Shown piece after piece: positions 50,907 to 63,064 of a stretch of 64,000 bases of DNA. The position numbers were made by a program, and so were the translations under genes. A model generated the notes under the pieces. It had not been told where the DNA came from and did not search any database. It was given only the letters and a program-made list of their open reading frames with translations. Source of the stretch: Tubulanus polymorphus (taxonomy: Eukaryota > Animalia > Nemertea); NCBI RefSeq assembly GCF_964204645.1, contig NC_134028.1, positions 15,073,653 through 15,137,652 on the forward strand. The letters are read 5' to 3'. How positions within the stretch are numbered: position 1 is the stretch's first letter; each line of letters begins with the position of its first letter.

Positions 50907-51560
50907 ATGGAATCAGAACAACCACAAACTATCAATATTACAAATAACACTGGTGTTATAAATATATACTACAAGAAGTGTTCTAAATGTGAATTAGATA
51001 AATTAGCTTTAACAGAATTTAGTAAGCGTGAGATTATCAAAGATGGTTTTCAATATTGCTGTAAAACTTGTACTAAACTATATACCAAACAATACCGAGA
51101 AGATAATATAGAACATTATAATTATTATATGGCAGAAAATATGAGAGGAAGATATCAAACAGATCTTAATTTGAGATTGAAACAATGCTTAAGATCTAGA
51201 TTAACACAATTATTCAACAAAGAAACGCATTCAGAAACACTATCTAATTTATTGGGTTGTTCAGATGAATTTTTCATATCATGGATAATATATCAATTCG
51301 ATGATAAAATGAATATAGATAATTACGGTGAATACTTTCATATTGATCATGTGTTGCCGATTTCTAAATTTGACATGAGTGATGATTTTAATAAGAAGCT
51401 AATATGGAGCTGGAGAAATTTAAGGCCTTTAGAAAAGAAGGAAAACATAATTAAATCTAACAAACTAGATATGAAATTATATTTAGATCAACTGGTTAAA
51501 GCAAAGACATTTGTTGAATTATGGAATTCAACACATAATGAAAAATACGTTGAAGCTTAA
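50907..51560 (+). CDS. HNH-like endonuclease with zinc ribbon
   Basis: Orthologue of 37466-38134; HIDHVLP and NLRPL intact; start MESEQPQ chosen by homology. Confidence 0.8.
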   Translation: MESEQPQTINITNNTGVINIYYKKCSKCELDKLALTEFSKREIIKDGFQYCCKTCTKLYTKQYREDNIEHYNYYMAENMRGRYQTDLNLRLKQCLRSRLTQLFNKETHSETLSNLLGCSDEFFISWIIYQFDDKMNIDNYGEYFHIDHVLPISKFDMSDDFNKKLIWSWRNLRPLEKKENIIKSNKLDMKLYLDQLVKAKTFVELWNSTHNEKYVEA

Positions 51561-52695
51561 ACGCTTAGAAAACCGGTTACTCTCGATCTATGTCAAACCG
51601 CCTATATGTAATTGTATTAGGTTGTTTACAAAAACATCTGTCGCACGTTATATTCAGTTGAATGCGGCGCACCTCATTTGAATATTGATCGAATGTGCTA
51701 TTTCAGTTGAAAAGGATTAATCAATTACATCACAAAGGAACATATGATGATCAGACAGTGTTTAGCTAGTGAATAACTGGCAGTTATAAGCATAGGAAGG
51801 CATAGGATATTCTCTCTATAAACACAATTTTAGGAGTTTACAGTTATAAATGTAAGTACTGTTTTTGTTGTTATTAAGGCGTTGAGAAACGTTAAACATG
51901 TAAAACTTATCCTGGTAAGATGCGCCACAAATGGCCATGTTTAAGTGTTGTAATTAATATTTTACAACTACATTTTCAAGTAAGTTTTATTCTACGCTAG
52001 ATATTTATCTTTTAGATAACAAAATGAAGACCATTGAATCAAGAAAGAGAAGATAGATGGATGTGGAATCAGAAATTATGGATATTTCAACTCATGAGAC
52101 TGTAGCAGTTTAGCCATACTGTATAGGCTTTCAATGCATTACGTTTGCCGGAATTTCAATTGCGTCATTCAGCTGTTGTTAATGTCACACACAGTGACAG
52201 ATGTTGTATTATACTTTATTGATTTCTGCATTCCGCGCATACCTTACCGCTCGGCTGCCGAGCAGCTTGGAATGTGGAAATCGATAATGATTGTAGAATA
52301 AAATATACGTGTTTATGAAATAGTATTTCCACCAGTCGTTTCTTTGAATTGATTTTCAGTTTTAGGATTTATTATCGAGAATCCGAAATGACTTATATGG
52401 ACAGTTATAATTACTGCTCCTAATAGATAGACAACAGTAGTGAGATATTAAATCCTAATTTAAATAAAATATAATAAAAAAACATCAACTTCAACTGCTA
52501 GTGAATTCTATTATATTTTTAATATTTTTTTTTTTGGTAATTCTAATTGACATTAGATTGAATAGATTTTGAATAGATTTGAATAGAAATTCTTTTACTT
52601 TAACTAACCTAGTCAATTTAGTATTAACCTAAAGAGATACTAGTATCATTTTATAATACTTATAATATTTTTCTTATTAAATTTCTCCAATATAA

Positions 52696-53304
52696 ATGTC
52701 AAAGAAATCGAGTAAGAAAAGTATTGATATTGAAAAAACATTAGATGATTTAGGTATTAGTGATAATAAGGATATTCCAACCAAAATTGAAAATAATATT
52801 CGAGTTAATAATAATATAGATTATGAATACTACTTATATTGTAAACACCATCTTGAACTATTGATTGCTAGCGGAAAGTGTAAACAATTTTTAACTAAGA
52901 CTATTACTTTTCAAGAATTAGATGCTATGAAACGAGATAAAGTAATAAAATATTTTAAGATTTATGAAGAAGCTAGATTAGCTAGAATAAATGATTCTAT
53001 TTCAGATGGTATTGTCAAATGTTATTCTAAGTTATGTAACCAGTTAATACCAATTGATGATGAAAATAAATTATATAGTGATTTGAAAAATGACTATTTA
53101 GTTATGACTGAATTACAAAAATGGGTTGGTTATGCTTCATTTCAATTAGGATCGGTTATGACATTAATTTCTACTGGTGTCATAACATTTTCGAATATCA
53201 AGCCTATGGAATATAAATCAAGTAAGAACGAAACAGATGTACTACAACCAAACGTCGAAACAGAATATGAATCAGAACAAAAATTAACTAAAATAAATGA
53301 GTGA
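52696..53304 (+). CDS. Polinton hypothetical protein, 202 aa, hydrophobic segment near C-terminus
   Basis: Open frame, TAAATG start, homologue in Polinton 1. Confidence 0.72.
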   Translation: MSKKSSKKSIDIEKTLDDLGISDNKDIPTKIENNIRVNNNIDYEYYLYCKHHLELLIASGKCKQFLTKTITFQELDAMKRDKVIKYFKIYEEARLARINDSISDGIVKCYSKLCNQLIPIDDENKLYSDLKNDYLVMTELQKWVGYASFQLGSVMTLISTGVITFSNIKPMEYKSSKNETDVLQPNVETEYESEQKLTKINE

Positions 53305-53632
53305 TGGCGTTAAGAAAAAGCCTAGATCTGAGGAAAAAATACAGTGGGCAAAGGAATTAGGTAAAAGATCTTCAGAATTAAAAAAAGCTAAGAAAAAGAA
53401 ATTAACTGATATAAATGAATCACAGACTTTATCTGATATTGATTCAAATAATAATCCATCTAATTCTTCTAATGCTGGAAGTAATAATTACTTATATATT
53501 ACAATTGGATTAGTAACAGTTATTATATTCTCTGGTGTAATATATAAATCAAAATTCAAATCTGATGATAAAGATGATTCCAATGATAATAAACCTATTA
53601 TACCAGAAAATAAGTCAAATTATAGTCATTGA
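53297..53632 (+). CDS. Small basic protein with one TM helix
   Basis: Lys-rich N-terminus; YLYITIGLVTVIIFSGVIY. Confidence 0.68.
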   Translation: MSDGVKKKPRSEEKIQWAKELGKRSSELKKAKKKKLTDINESQTLSDIDSNNNPSNSSNAGSNNYLYITIGLVTVIIFSGVIYKSKFKSDDKDDSNDNKPIIPENKSNYSH

Positions 53633-53654
53633 AACTAAATCTAAATTATTATTA

Positions 53655-54632
53655 ATGGATTAAAATAAGATTAAAAAAGAACAATATTTAAGAGATTTAT
53701 ATTATAACCCAGAAAGTGAAGTATCATATTCTAACGTTTCAGAATTATGGGATAAAATTAAATCCGATAAAGAAAATGGTAATATAAAATATAGTGAATT
53801 AAAATCATGGTTACAAAATCAACCAACATATCAAATACACAAGAAAATGGATAAAACTTATTTAACAAGAAAAGTTATGGTTTCATATATCGATCAACAA
53901 TGGCAATCAGATTTAATTGACATGAAGAACTTAGAAGAATACAACAAAGGATATTTCTGGATATTAAATGTTATAGATATATTCAAACATTTCAAAAAAC
54001 TATTATCTGATAAAGATGTAGATTATTTTTCAACACACTCAGATAAAAAAGCATCTATTATAGAAAGATTTAATAAAACATTGAAAACTAGAATGTGGAA
54101 ATATTTTACTGCTAATGAAACATATAAATATATCGATGTGTTAGATGATTTAGTGAAAGGTTATGATAATTCTAAACATAGTTCTATAAATATGAAACCT
54201 ATACAAGCTAGAAAAGAAGATAATTCGGAAATAGTATGGAATAATTTATATGGAGCGTTTGTTACACATGATTTCGGAGAACCTAAATTTAAAATTAGGC
54301 AACATGTCAGAATATCTAAATATAGAAAAACATTTTATAAAGGTTATACCCCTAATTTTACAGAAGAAATATTTACGATTAAAAAGATAATATTAACTAA
54401 ACCTTTTGTTTATAAATGAGAAGATTTAAAAGATGAAGAAATATTAGGTTATTTCTATGAACAAGAATTATCACTTGTACCAAATCAAGATGAAATAGAA
54501 TACAAAATAGAAAAAGTATTGAAAACAAAATCTCTTAAAGGAAAAAAGTATTCTTTGGTGAAATATAAAGGATATAATGATAAATTTAATGAATGGATTT
54601 TATCTAGTAAAATTAAAAGAATAAATGAATAA
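53655..54632 (+). pseudogene. rve integrase, stops and internal deletion removing the second catalytic Asp
   Basis: VIDIF joined directly to KHFKKLLS, lacking about 43 aa including QFDEGKEF; N-terminal LRDLYYNP region present. Confidence 0.9.
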
Positions 54633-55221
54633 AGATTTATTTATATTTGAACCGCATAATATGTTAGTTACTGGTGTAACCAATTGTGGTAAAACACATT
54701 TCATATTAGATTTGTTAGAAACTATTTATAAGAATCATTTTGATAATATAATATTATTCTGTCCTACTTATGAAATGAATAAAACATATAATAGAGATAT
54801 AGTTAAAATAAAAAAGTTTATTATATTAGATCCTAAAACAGTAAAAGAAAATTTAGATAATTGTATAAAAATAGCAACTGATACTTATAAAGGATCAAAT
54901 ACATTATTCATTGTAGATGATTGCGCTAATTTACATGATTCAAAAGTGAGAGAAAGTGAGTTATGTTATTTAGCTTTCTCTGGCAGACATTTCGGGATAA
55001 CAACATCGGTTTTAAATCAAAAATATAATTCAATTGTTAAATACTTTAGGGAGAATATAAGATTTATAGTTTTATTCTACAATAAAGATAGAAAATCTAT
55101 GCAACAATCATTAGAAGAAAATCAAATTATACCTACTGAATTACATGATGAATATATGAATAAATTAAAGAATAATAAAGGTTCAAAATTATTACTGAGG
55201 CTTCAATTTCCATATGAATAA
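54625..55221 (+). CDS. A32/FtsK-like DNA packaging ATPase
   Basis: GVTNCGKT, FIVDDC, GRH, LNQ, REN; open to stop. Confidence 0.9.
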   Translation: MNKDLFIFEPHNMLVTGVTNCGKTHFILDLLETIYKNHFDNIILFCPTYEMNKTYNRDIVKIKKFIILDPKTVKENLDNCIKIATDTYKGSNTLFIVDDCANLHDSKVRESELCYLAFSGRHFGITTSVLNQKYNSIVKYFRENIRFIVLFYNKDRKSMQQSLEENQIIPTELHDEYMNKLKNNKGSKLLLRLQFPYE

Positions 55222-55598
55222 AAATTTATAAAATAACTATTTATATATCTATCTATCTAATACGTATTAGATACGTATTAAATACATTAATACTTAAAAC
55301 CCCCTTTTTAAAATAAATATTATTCATACAATTTTCAACCAATTTATTTTTATTTTTTCAACTAATATATGAATAAGTTTGAAAATAATAAAGGTTATTT
55401 ATTATTACTGAAGTTATATTACTGAAATATAAATTAAGGTATTTTCAAATAATATGTATTAGATATGTATTAGATATGTATTAGATACGTATATGATACC
55501 TTAAATACCTTAAATACTTAAAAACCCTTTTTTTATTTACTATTATTTTATACAATTTTCAACCAATATTATTATTTGTGTTAAATATAATTAATATT

Positions 55599-56513
55599 TT
55601 AATCACTTTCACTATCATACCCCATCAATTTTTTCAAATTCTCTACCGAATTTTCTTCTTCAAATTCTTTATTATTTTTATACTTATTCTTAACCCTTTT
55701 TACCGCATCATCGATAGTTGTTTCATTTTTATGCTTATTCATCCAATCAAATTTATCATTATTTTCTACTTTATGTTTCATAGAATCTTTAATATCAATA
55801 TGCTTATCTGTAACTATATTTTCATTGTCATCTTTCTTAGTGTTTGACTCCAACATTTCATTTACAATGTTTGATCCTAATATTTTTTAGCAGCAGATAA
55901 ACCTAATTTATCATTACTACGTTCCTTAGATAAAAATTCACCTAATGAATCTTTATATAAATCTTTACCATCTACTTTTTTATTTGAAACAAACTTTGTA
56001 ACATAATTAAATGGGTGTTCTATAAATTCTCTTATACCAACACGATCTATTACATTAATAATATGTGAATTTGTATTCATATGATTATTCCAATTTGATG
56101 GAGCGTTTGAAAATTCACCTTTACAATAATCACAATAATTTCTATTTTCACTAATATTTAATATTATTTCATTATTAGATGTAGAAGGTATTGTATTATT
56201 AGATGTAGAAGGTATTACATTATTAGATGTAGAAGGTATTGCATTATTAGATGTAGAAGGTATTACATTATTAGATGTAGAAGGTATTACATTATTAGAT
56301 GTAGAAGGTATTGCATTATTATCAATTACATTACTTAAATTATCAACAACACCACTTATATTATTATCGATTTCTATTAGTTTAGTTTTATAAATTTTGA
56401 AAATAGGATCAGGATATCAAAGCTATATTACAAGGTATTACATAATATAAACCATCATTATTTTCATGTGTATCGATGTATGGAATATGTTTATATACTT
56501 TACCTCCTTCCAT
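55599..56513 (-). pseudogene. Variable gene downstream of the capsid gene, fragmented
   Basis: TAAATG-MEGG start as in 33262, but body differs; fragments 55599-55856 and 55877-56080. Confidence 0.55.
56171..56320 (-). repeat. 24-bp coding minisatellite, 6 copies (NNxIPSTS)
   Basis: ATTATTAGATGTAGAAGGTATT(GT/AC/GC) repeated. Confidence 0.92.
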
Positions 56514-56545
56514 TTATTATATAAATTTTGATTAAAGTTAAAATC

Positions 56546-57672
56546 TTAATACATAACACTATTTAATTGAGAATTTACAATATTTAATTGCGCGTCAGAT
56601 ATAATATAAATGTGCATTTTGAAATTTTTGTCCTCTTTTCTTTTTCATGAATAATTGTATTCCATCTTTAGTGTTCTGTAATTTTTTTCCAGAACCATGT
56701 AATGAATTATCCTCTGTTGTTCTAAAATCTAACCATAATACATATTCATTACCGGTAGAATAATCAATTTGATTAATATTACAATTTTCAGATGATTTAA
56801 CTTTTTCATTCATAAAATGTTTTCTAATTTCTGGCCATTGATCTATCATTCTCATTCCTTGACAAAATATTTTATTTGCTATTCCTTCGATAGTTATTTC
56901 TACTTTTGTTATTTCAGGATTATAATAATTATCAACATTTATTGCGCCATTAGTATATGTTGCAATGGTAAAAAAATATTAATATACCTTTAATAGATCT
57001 TCTTGGGAAGTTAATATTCTCATTAATTATTTCATCATTTGCATTAATAGTTACAGTTTTAAATTTATCAATATAATCATATAATAATGAAAATCCTTGA
57101 TTGTATTTAGTTTGAATTATACTTGAAATATTTTCATCAGTTACTGTATCATATTCTAAACATATATTCGATAATTTATAACTCATATCTTTATTAACGC
57201 TAGATATTACAATTTCATTAACAGGAGCAAATGTTATTTCGAATATAACATCTTCTTGAATTGCGTATTTATATAAAGGTGCATTATTATTTATCAATTC
57301 AAAGTCTAATGGAATTTTATATTTGCTTCCATATATACTTTTTATCAATTTATCTATAGCATTAGTTAATATTGCATTATGCGCTTCTGATCTTAATTTA
57401 TTTTGGTTTTCTGATTGGATTCCTTGAAATATCATATTATTTCTATTTTCTTTAGTTAACCATAAATCTTTAAAATGCATAAATAAATTATAATCATCTA
57501 ATGAGAAAACTGTTTCTGGCCCAATCTTTATAGTTAATTTTTTAATCAAATATCTTCCAACATTATCAACAACATAATTATTATTATTACCGGTTACTTT
57601 TATATCGGCCGATAAATAAATACTATTTGGAACATAAAAAGTATTTTGTGTTAATCGAGGAATTCTAACATA
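56546..57672 (-). pseudogene. Probable major capsid protein, 5'-truncated and frameshifted
   Basis: Near-identical to 31987-33229 from YVRIPRL onward; first 40 or so codons deleted. Confidence 0.72.
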
Positions 57673-58508
57673 TATATGATTCTTGCATACCTTTAATTTC
57701 TCTACGTGCTTGTCCAGGAAATGCTTCTAATTCATCATCAGTTAAATCAAGTAATCCTTTTTCTAATAGATGTTGTATTCGATTTATTCCAGTACTATTC
57801 ATCTCTTCTTCTGAATCTCTTAATCTATCAATTTGTTTTTCTAATACTAATTGTAATTGACTTGAATCATTATCAATTTGTTGAATATCTCTTCTCGAAG
57901 TTTCGGGTGTTGAAGATCTTAATTTTTTTAATCGATCTCTATACTCTTCCATTTCTGTTTCTGAATTTTTATTGATTATTTTTAAGAAGTAATCAATTCT
58001 TTCACTAAATTCTGTTATATTATCAACTCTTTCTTCTTGTGTAACATCAGTTATTTCATTACTATTACTTATTCTCTTAATTCTAACTGAAAGTTGATTC
58101 CGCTAATATTTTATTTAGTCTTGTTCTTTGATTAGTGATATCAATATAATAATCACCATCCACACGATAATAATATTTACCTTTTTAAAGTTTTAAATTT
58201 TGTACTAAATGTCTGGCACCTCTGGCATTTATATTATATCCAGATCTTTCAAATACAGGTTGGAATTTATGTATAAATTCTTTATATTGTAAATCTTCTT
58301 TTAATAAACCTGGATTTTCATTTTCAGGATATATTCTCGATCTAGTTCTTTTATCATTTTCTTCTGTTGATGGGGCTTTAGAACCACTATCTGCTAAATT
58401 AGAATTACGCGCTGATGAATTATCATCATCAATATTAGTTTCATCAATATATCCTTCATTATTATTTCCCATGCCATCCAATGGAATATCTTCTCCACCT
58501 TCTGCCAT
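57673..58508 (-). pseudogene. MAEGG-type protein, copy B, frameshifted and 3'-truncated
   Basis: MAEGGEDIPL, GSKAPSTEEND, SGYNIN, KGLLDLTD.ELE, REI shared with 30629. Confidence 0.7.
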
Positions 58509-59067
58509 TTACATAATAAAAAAATTTAGCATTTTCTTTATTAAAATCTTTTCTATTTAGTTTTATCTCTCGTTCTGTAACATCAGTTATAACATCATTA
58601 ATGATTTTCTTAATTCTAGATTGTTCTAATTTAATTAAAGTTGATTTTGTTATTATTTTATCGAGACTTTTATTAGAAGAAATCTTAAAATAATAGTCAT
58701 CTTTTAAATGCCAATAATAATCACCATTTGAATATTTTAAACCTTCTACTAAATAATCCATACATTTATTTGTTATATTGAAACCAGATCTTTTTAACAT
58801 TGGTTTAAATTCATGAGTAATTTCATTATAATTTAATTCTTTTTTTGTTATTTCTGGAACTTCATTTTCAATATCTTTTCTCGATTTAGCTCCTCTAATA
58901 TATTCATCTGTTGACGGGGCTTTAGAACCAGGAACAACTTCTGGTAAATTAGTATTATATTCTGTTTTATTATCATTACTTGTTTCACTAAAATCAGGTG
59001 GTTGTTCATCAGTTATGCCAGGTTCATCTAAAGGACCCATTGGAAAATATTCTCCACCTTCTGCCAT
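58462..59067 (-). pseudogene. MAEGG-type protein, copy A, divergent and truncated
   Basis: MAEGGEYFPM, GSKAPSTDE, SGFNI, YYWHLKDDYY; runs into the upstream region of copy B at about 58530. Confidence 0.7.
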
Positions 59068-59082
59068 TTACATAATAAAAAA

Positions 59083-60406
59083 TTAAAATTTAAAATATAA
59101 TATTCCTCCGATTACAATTCCTATACAAGTTATAGCTAATTTAGTATTTTCATGGGATTTATTATCATCATTTAGTTTAATTATATCATGTTGAATATTA
59201 TCAGTTTTAATATTTTCTGTAGTATTATAATCTGGTTTAGAATCATTATCCAATTTAATATTTTTAGTTTTAGTTTCTTCTTGATTGAATATGTTTTTTA
59301 TTTTTTTCACCTTCCATTAATTTTGGAGCAGTAATAATCTTTTTATTTATAACATTAAATCCAAATGAATTATTTATTGTTGCAGTTTTAATTAGATTAT
59401 TATAACCAATTATATTTCCCATCTTTAATACTAAATCATTAGAAATAATTAATAGATAAGGACCTATACAATAATTTAATCTAATATGTGATTTATCTAA
59501 ATAATTTTGATATCTTACAATGTTTTCTGGAATCGATCTATTTTTATCATTATGAATGGAATCTTCAAATAATACTTTGAATTGTTTCTGCGCATCGAAT
59601 GAAGTGTTATCATTTCCAACTATTGGCGATCTTGTTTCAACTTGCGCACCTAAAATACATATCAAATAAGTTCTAATTGATTGATTTATTCTTTGTATTC
59701 CAGCTTTAGTAAAACATTCACTATTTTCTAAAATGAAATTAACCCAACCATTATTGTTTTGTTGTTGTATATTATTATAATATTTTGGTAATTCATTCCA
59801 ATTTAGTGTTCTTATATCTGAATTTGTCATTATTTTTCCAAATTCTTTAGTATATAATATTCCTAATCCACCCATTGTTCCAATTTTTGCTCTAAAATCT
59901 TTATTTGAATTAATATTAAATTCATTACATATTTTATAAAACTTAGAAAAATTAATATTATTATTCAATTCTTTAAAATATTTTGAACCTGGTAAGGGAC
60001 ATTCTAATTCATCTTATATTAATTTTATTTGAAAATAAGTATGAAATCTAAAAAGTGATAACATCAATGGTAAACTTGGTTTGTTTAAATGATCATTCCA
60101 ACTAATTCCGAATCCTGTTGTTGCGCAATAAACAGCAAAATTTAATTGGTTCTGCCAATACTTCATATTAGATTTTAATCACCATTGTTTTGCCTCATTT
60201 AAATTTTTGAAATTAATTGTATACACATGAAATATATTTTCCATCTTTACATGAAAATTATTACTTTCAGTAACATAAATATATAAATCAATTAATGAAT
60301 TTAAAACTTCATTTCTATATGTAATATCTTTATTAAAATCTATTGCTGGAATATTATATTTAATTGATTTATTATATTGGAAAGCTTTTGGAAAACTATC
60401 TACCAT
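59083..60406 (-). pseudogene. Large TM-anchored protein, fragmented
   Basis: Orthologue of 29222-30612 (ORFs 60179, 59270, 59083). Confidence 0.75.
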
Positions 60407-60422
60407 TTATTTAATTAAAAAA

Positions 60423-60848
60423 TTAATAATTAACTAATTCTTTTAATAATTTATCTTGTTCTTCAACTGTTATATGACCATTTAAACTCATTATATAATC
60501 TAGTGTATTCTTTAATTTATTAATTTCTTTTATATTAGTTTTAATTTTTTCTTTATTACTTTTTATATTTAATTTTGAACTTATACCTGTTAAAACACTT
60601 GAACTTAATCCTAATACACCAATTGATATAGCTAAAGGTGTTAATGGACTGAATATTGCTAAAAATGTTATTACAGAAATAATTGTAACCGAACCACTCA
60701 TAATCTAATAATATATAATTTTACTTTTTAAATATTTTTTCTTTTTAACTTTTAAATCATTTTCAAATTCTAATATTTGTTTTTCTAAATACGTTTTTAA
60801 TTTAGTTTTATTTATATCATGAGGAATAATATCAATATTATCATCCAT
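60423..60848 (-). pseudogene. Two-pass membrane protein, disrupted
   Basis: Orthologue of 28772-29206. Confidence 0.72.
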
Positions 60849-60934
60849 TTATTTAGCAAAAAAAATTACTAATTAGTGAACTAATAAGCAACAAATATAA
60901 CAATAACTCTTCAACCTAAAATCCATTTTATTTC

Positions 60935-61291
60935 TTATTTCTGTTGTTCATTACTTGGGGTATAATAATCTGATATTGTAGGTTTATGTAGAGATAATTT
61001 TTCTTTATTGGCTACCGCGTTAAATAAACTCATTGCATCATCAACTGATTGAAAATCTCTATGTGAAATCTTCTGATCATATAATTCCTTGTTAATATAA
61101 TCCATATAGTTTTGCCTCTTTTCTCTATATTCTTCTGCTGCTTTGTTGTATTTTTCTAATGCTAAGTTATGTCTTTTTTGTTCTGTTAATGATCCATTTT
61201 TATCAATATGCTTAAATAAATAACCACCGCCGGTAAATGCTAAAGCGTCAACAATTGCCGATCCTATAATAGTTATAACTGCAGAAGCCAT
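60935..61291 (-). pseudogene. Membrane protein with EQKRHN helix, premature stop before the C-terminal TM
   Basis: Orthologue of 28330-28752. Confidence 0.72.
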
Positions 61292-61315
61292 TTATTTAGT
61301 GAAATAATTACGCAT

Positions 61316-61537
61316 TTATATAGGAGGAATATATTTTTGTTTTTCCAAATAATCAATTGTTAAATTAGATAAAGTTACTGCTAATGTTAATTTTAAAATA
61401 TCATTTATATCAAATCTATCAACATTAACACTTCCCATTTTGAATACTTTTTTTAATACCATTGAATAACCAACAGTTTCAACTGATAGTAATGCTCCAT
61501 TATATAATCCAGTTATTATCCACTTATTATCACTCAT
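61316..61537 (-). CDS. Small hydrophobic protein, 73 aa
   Basis: Open frame with TAAATG start; disrupted orthologue at 28085. Confidence 0.7.
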   Translation of the reverse strand: MSDNKWIITGLYNGALLSVETVGYSMVLKKVFKMGSVNVDRFDINDILKLTLAVTLSNLTIDYLEKQKYIPPI

Positions 61538-61894
61538 TTATTTATCAAAAAAATTACTATCATCAAAATATTTAGTTATCTTATTTATGATTATTTCACC
61601 ATTTATTTCATTACTAGTTTCATTTGTTTATATTTCAATTATTATTTTTCTAATATCATCGATGATAAAATCTTCATCTAATTCATAAAATCTTAAAGAT
61701 TCTCTAATTAAATTAGTAATCTTTTCTACATTTAAAGTTTCTTTATCTATTGTTGTTTCATACTCAAATGTTGTTTCATTAGAAAATGCAATATTTTTAA
61801 TATGTGTAATTACATCATTAATGTTAAATTTCATTTCTTTCTCACGTTTAAAATCAAACCCAAAACATATACTCGGTCCAACAGTTATATTCAT
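61538..61894 (-). pseudogene. Acidic hypothetical protein, premature stop
   Basis: Orthologue of 27728-28084. Confidence 0.68.
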
Positions 61895-61911
61895 TTATAT
61901 AGTGAAAAAAA

Positions 61912-62667
61912 TTACTCTTTACATCTTATAACTAATTCATAAATTACAGGAAAGTTATTCAAATCAATTAAATAACCATTATGATTTCTTATTTCTAATC
62001 TAAAATTATTAAAATGTGGAATACAAGGTTTGAAATCACATTCAGCTAAATTATAATTTATTTGAGTTCCAAATCGTTTGACATTTTTTAATGGTAAAAT
62101 ATTTAATAAACCAGAATTACAAATTGTATCTTTAGTTGCTTCGAATGTTTTTGTAGGATCAATTAAATTACAACAAATATAGAAGTGCGTAAAAGGTATT
62201 ATATTTGGTGTAGTATCAACATTTGAATAAACTTTATTTGGATTAACTCCTAGCATTTTAGCTAATGGTTTTCTTACTATGAATTTATATTGTTCATTAG
62301 TTAACTTTATTCTTATTTTATTAGTACTATCAATTTTATTAAATTTAATGTTAAACCCAACAGATTCACCCACTTTTAACCGAGCTCTTCTATTAATTTC
62401 TTGAGATAATGTTTCTCAATTATATAATCCTGGTCTTAGAAATAGATGATACCATTTATCCATATTTTTATCATGAATCATAAACAATCTATGATCAAAA
62501 CTTTTAATCGATATATTGTAAAAAGAATTACATAAACTTATATTAACTAATTTTAAATCAACACAATTCTTGAATTCTCTATCTAATTGAACTAATAAAT
62601 TATGTGATTTATAATTTGTAAGTTTTCTAGAATCTACAAATATTCTGTATTCTTTTAAATCCACCAT
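61912..62667 (-). pseudogene. Probable penton, in-frame stop
   Basis: Orthologue of 26952-27711 (ORFs 62416 and 61912). Confidence 0.75.
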
Positions 62668-62681
62668 TTATTTTACATATT

Positions 62682-63035
62682 TTATTCGAAATCTATTTCA
62701 TGGTGCCCTTTTTCATTCTTACCTTTGTATACGAAATAGAAATCTCCAGAACATAATTCTTCTAGATCTTCACTTGATAATCTATGAAATCTATCTGGTA
62801 AATATGTTCTGAATTTATACGTATTTCCTTTTAATCCTTCATATTCTAAGTGTATAACTAATTTATCTCCATATTTGTTAGTAACTGTAACAATATCTGT
62901 AATTAGATATTTCTTATGGATTGTTAATTCTTTTAACTTCTTAAATTTATAATCTACTGATTTGACATTTGAAGTATCTTTTATTCTATCTAGAAATAAT
63001 TTGTTGTTCTCACTGTGCGCTTGTTTACTCTCCAT
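62682..63035 (-). CDS. Small conserved protein, possible OB-fold nucleic-acid-binding protein
   Basis: FKKLKEL...KYLITDI..V.NKYG..LVIHL...YLPDRF...YFVYKG beta-rich pattern; directly downstream of pPolB. Confidence 0.65.
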   Translation of the reverse strand: MESKQAHSENNKLFLDRIKDTSNVKSVDYKFKKLKELTIHKKYLITDIVTVTNKYGDKLVIHLEYEGLKGNTYKFRTYLPDRFHRLSSEDLEELCSGDFYFVYKGKNEKGHHEIDFE

Positions 63036-63064
63036 TTATAATACATATTTTTATTAAAATTTGA

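Noticed and set aside
52436-52444. AGTAGTGAG matching the Polinton 1 left junction
   Set aside because: Nine-base match in AT-rich DNA with no TIR following; likely chance.
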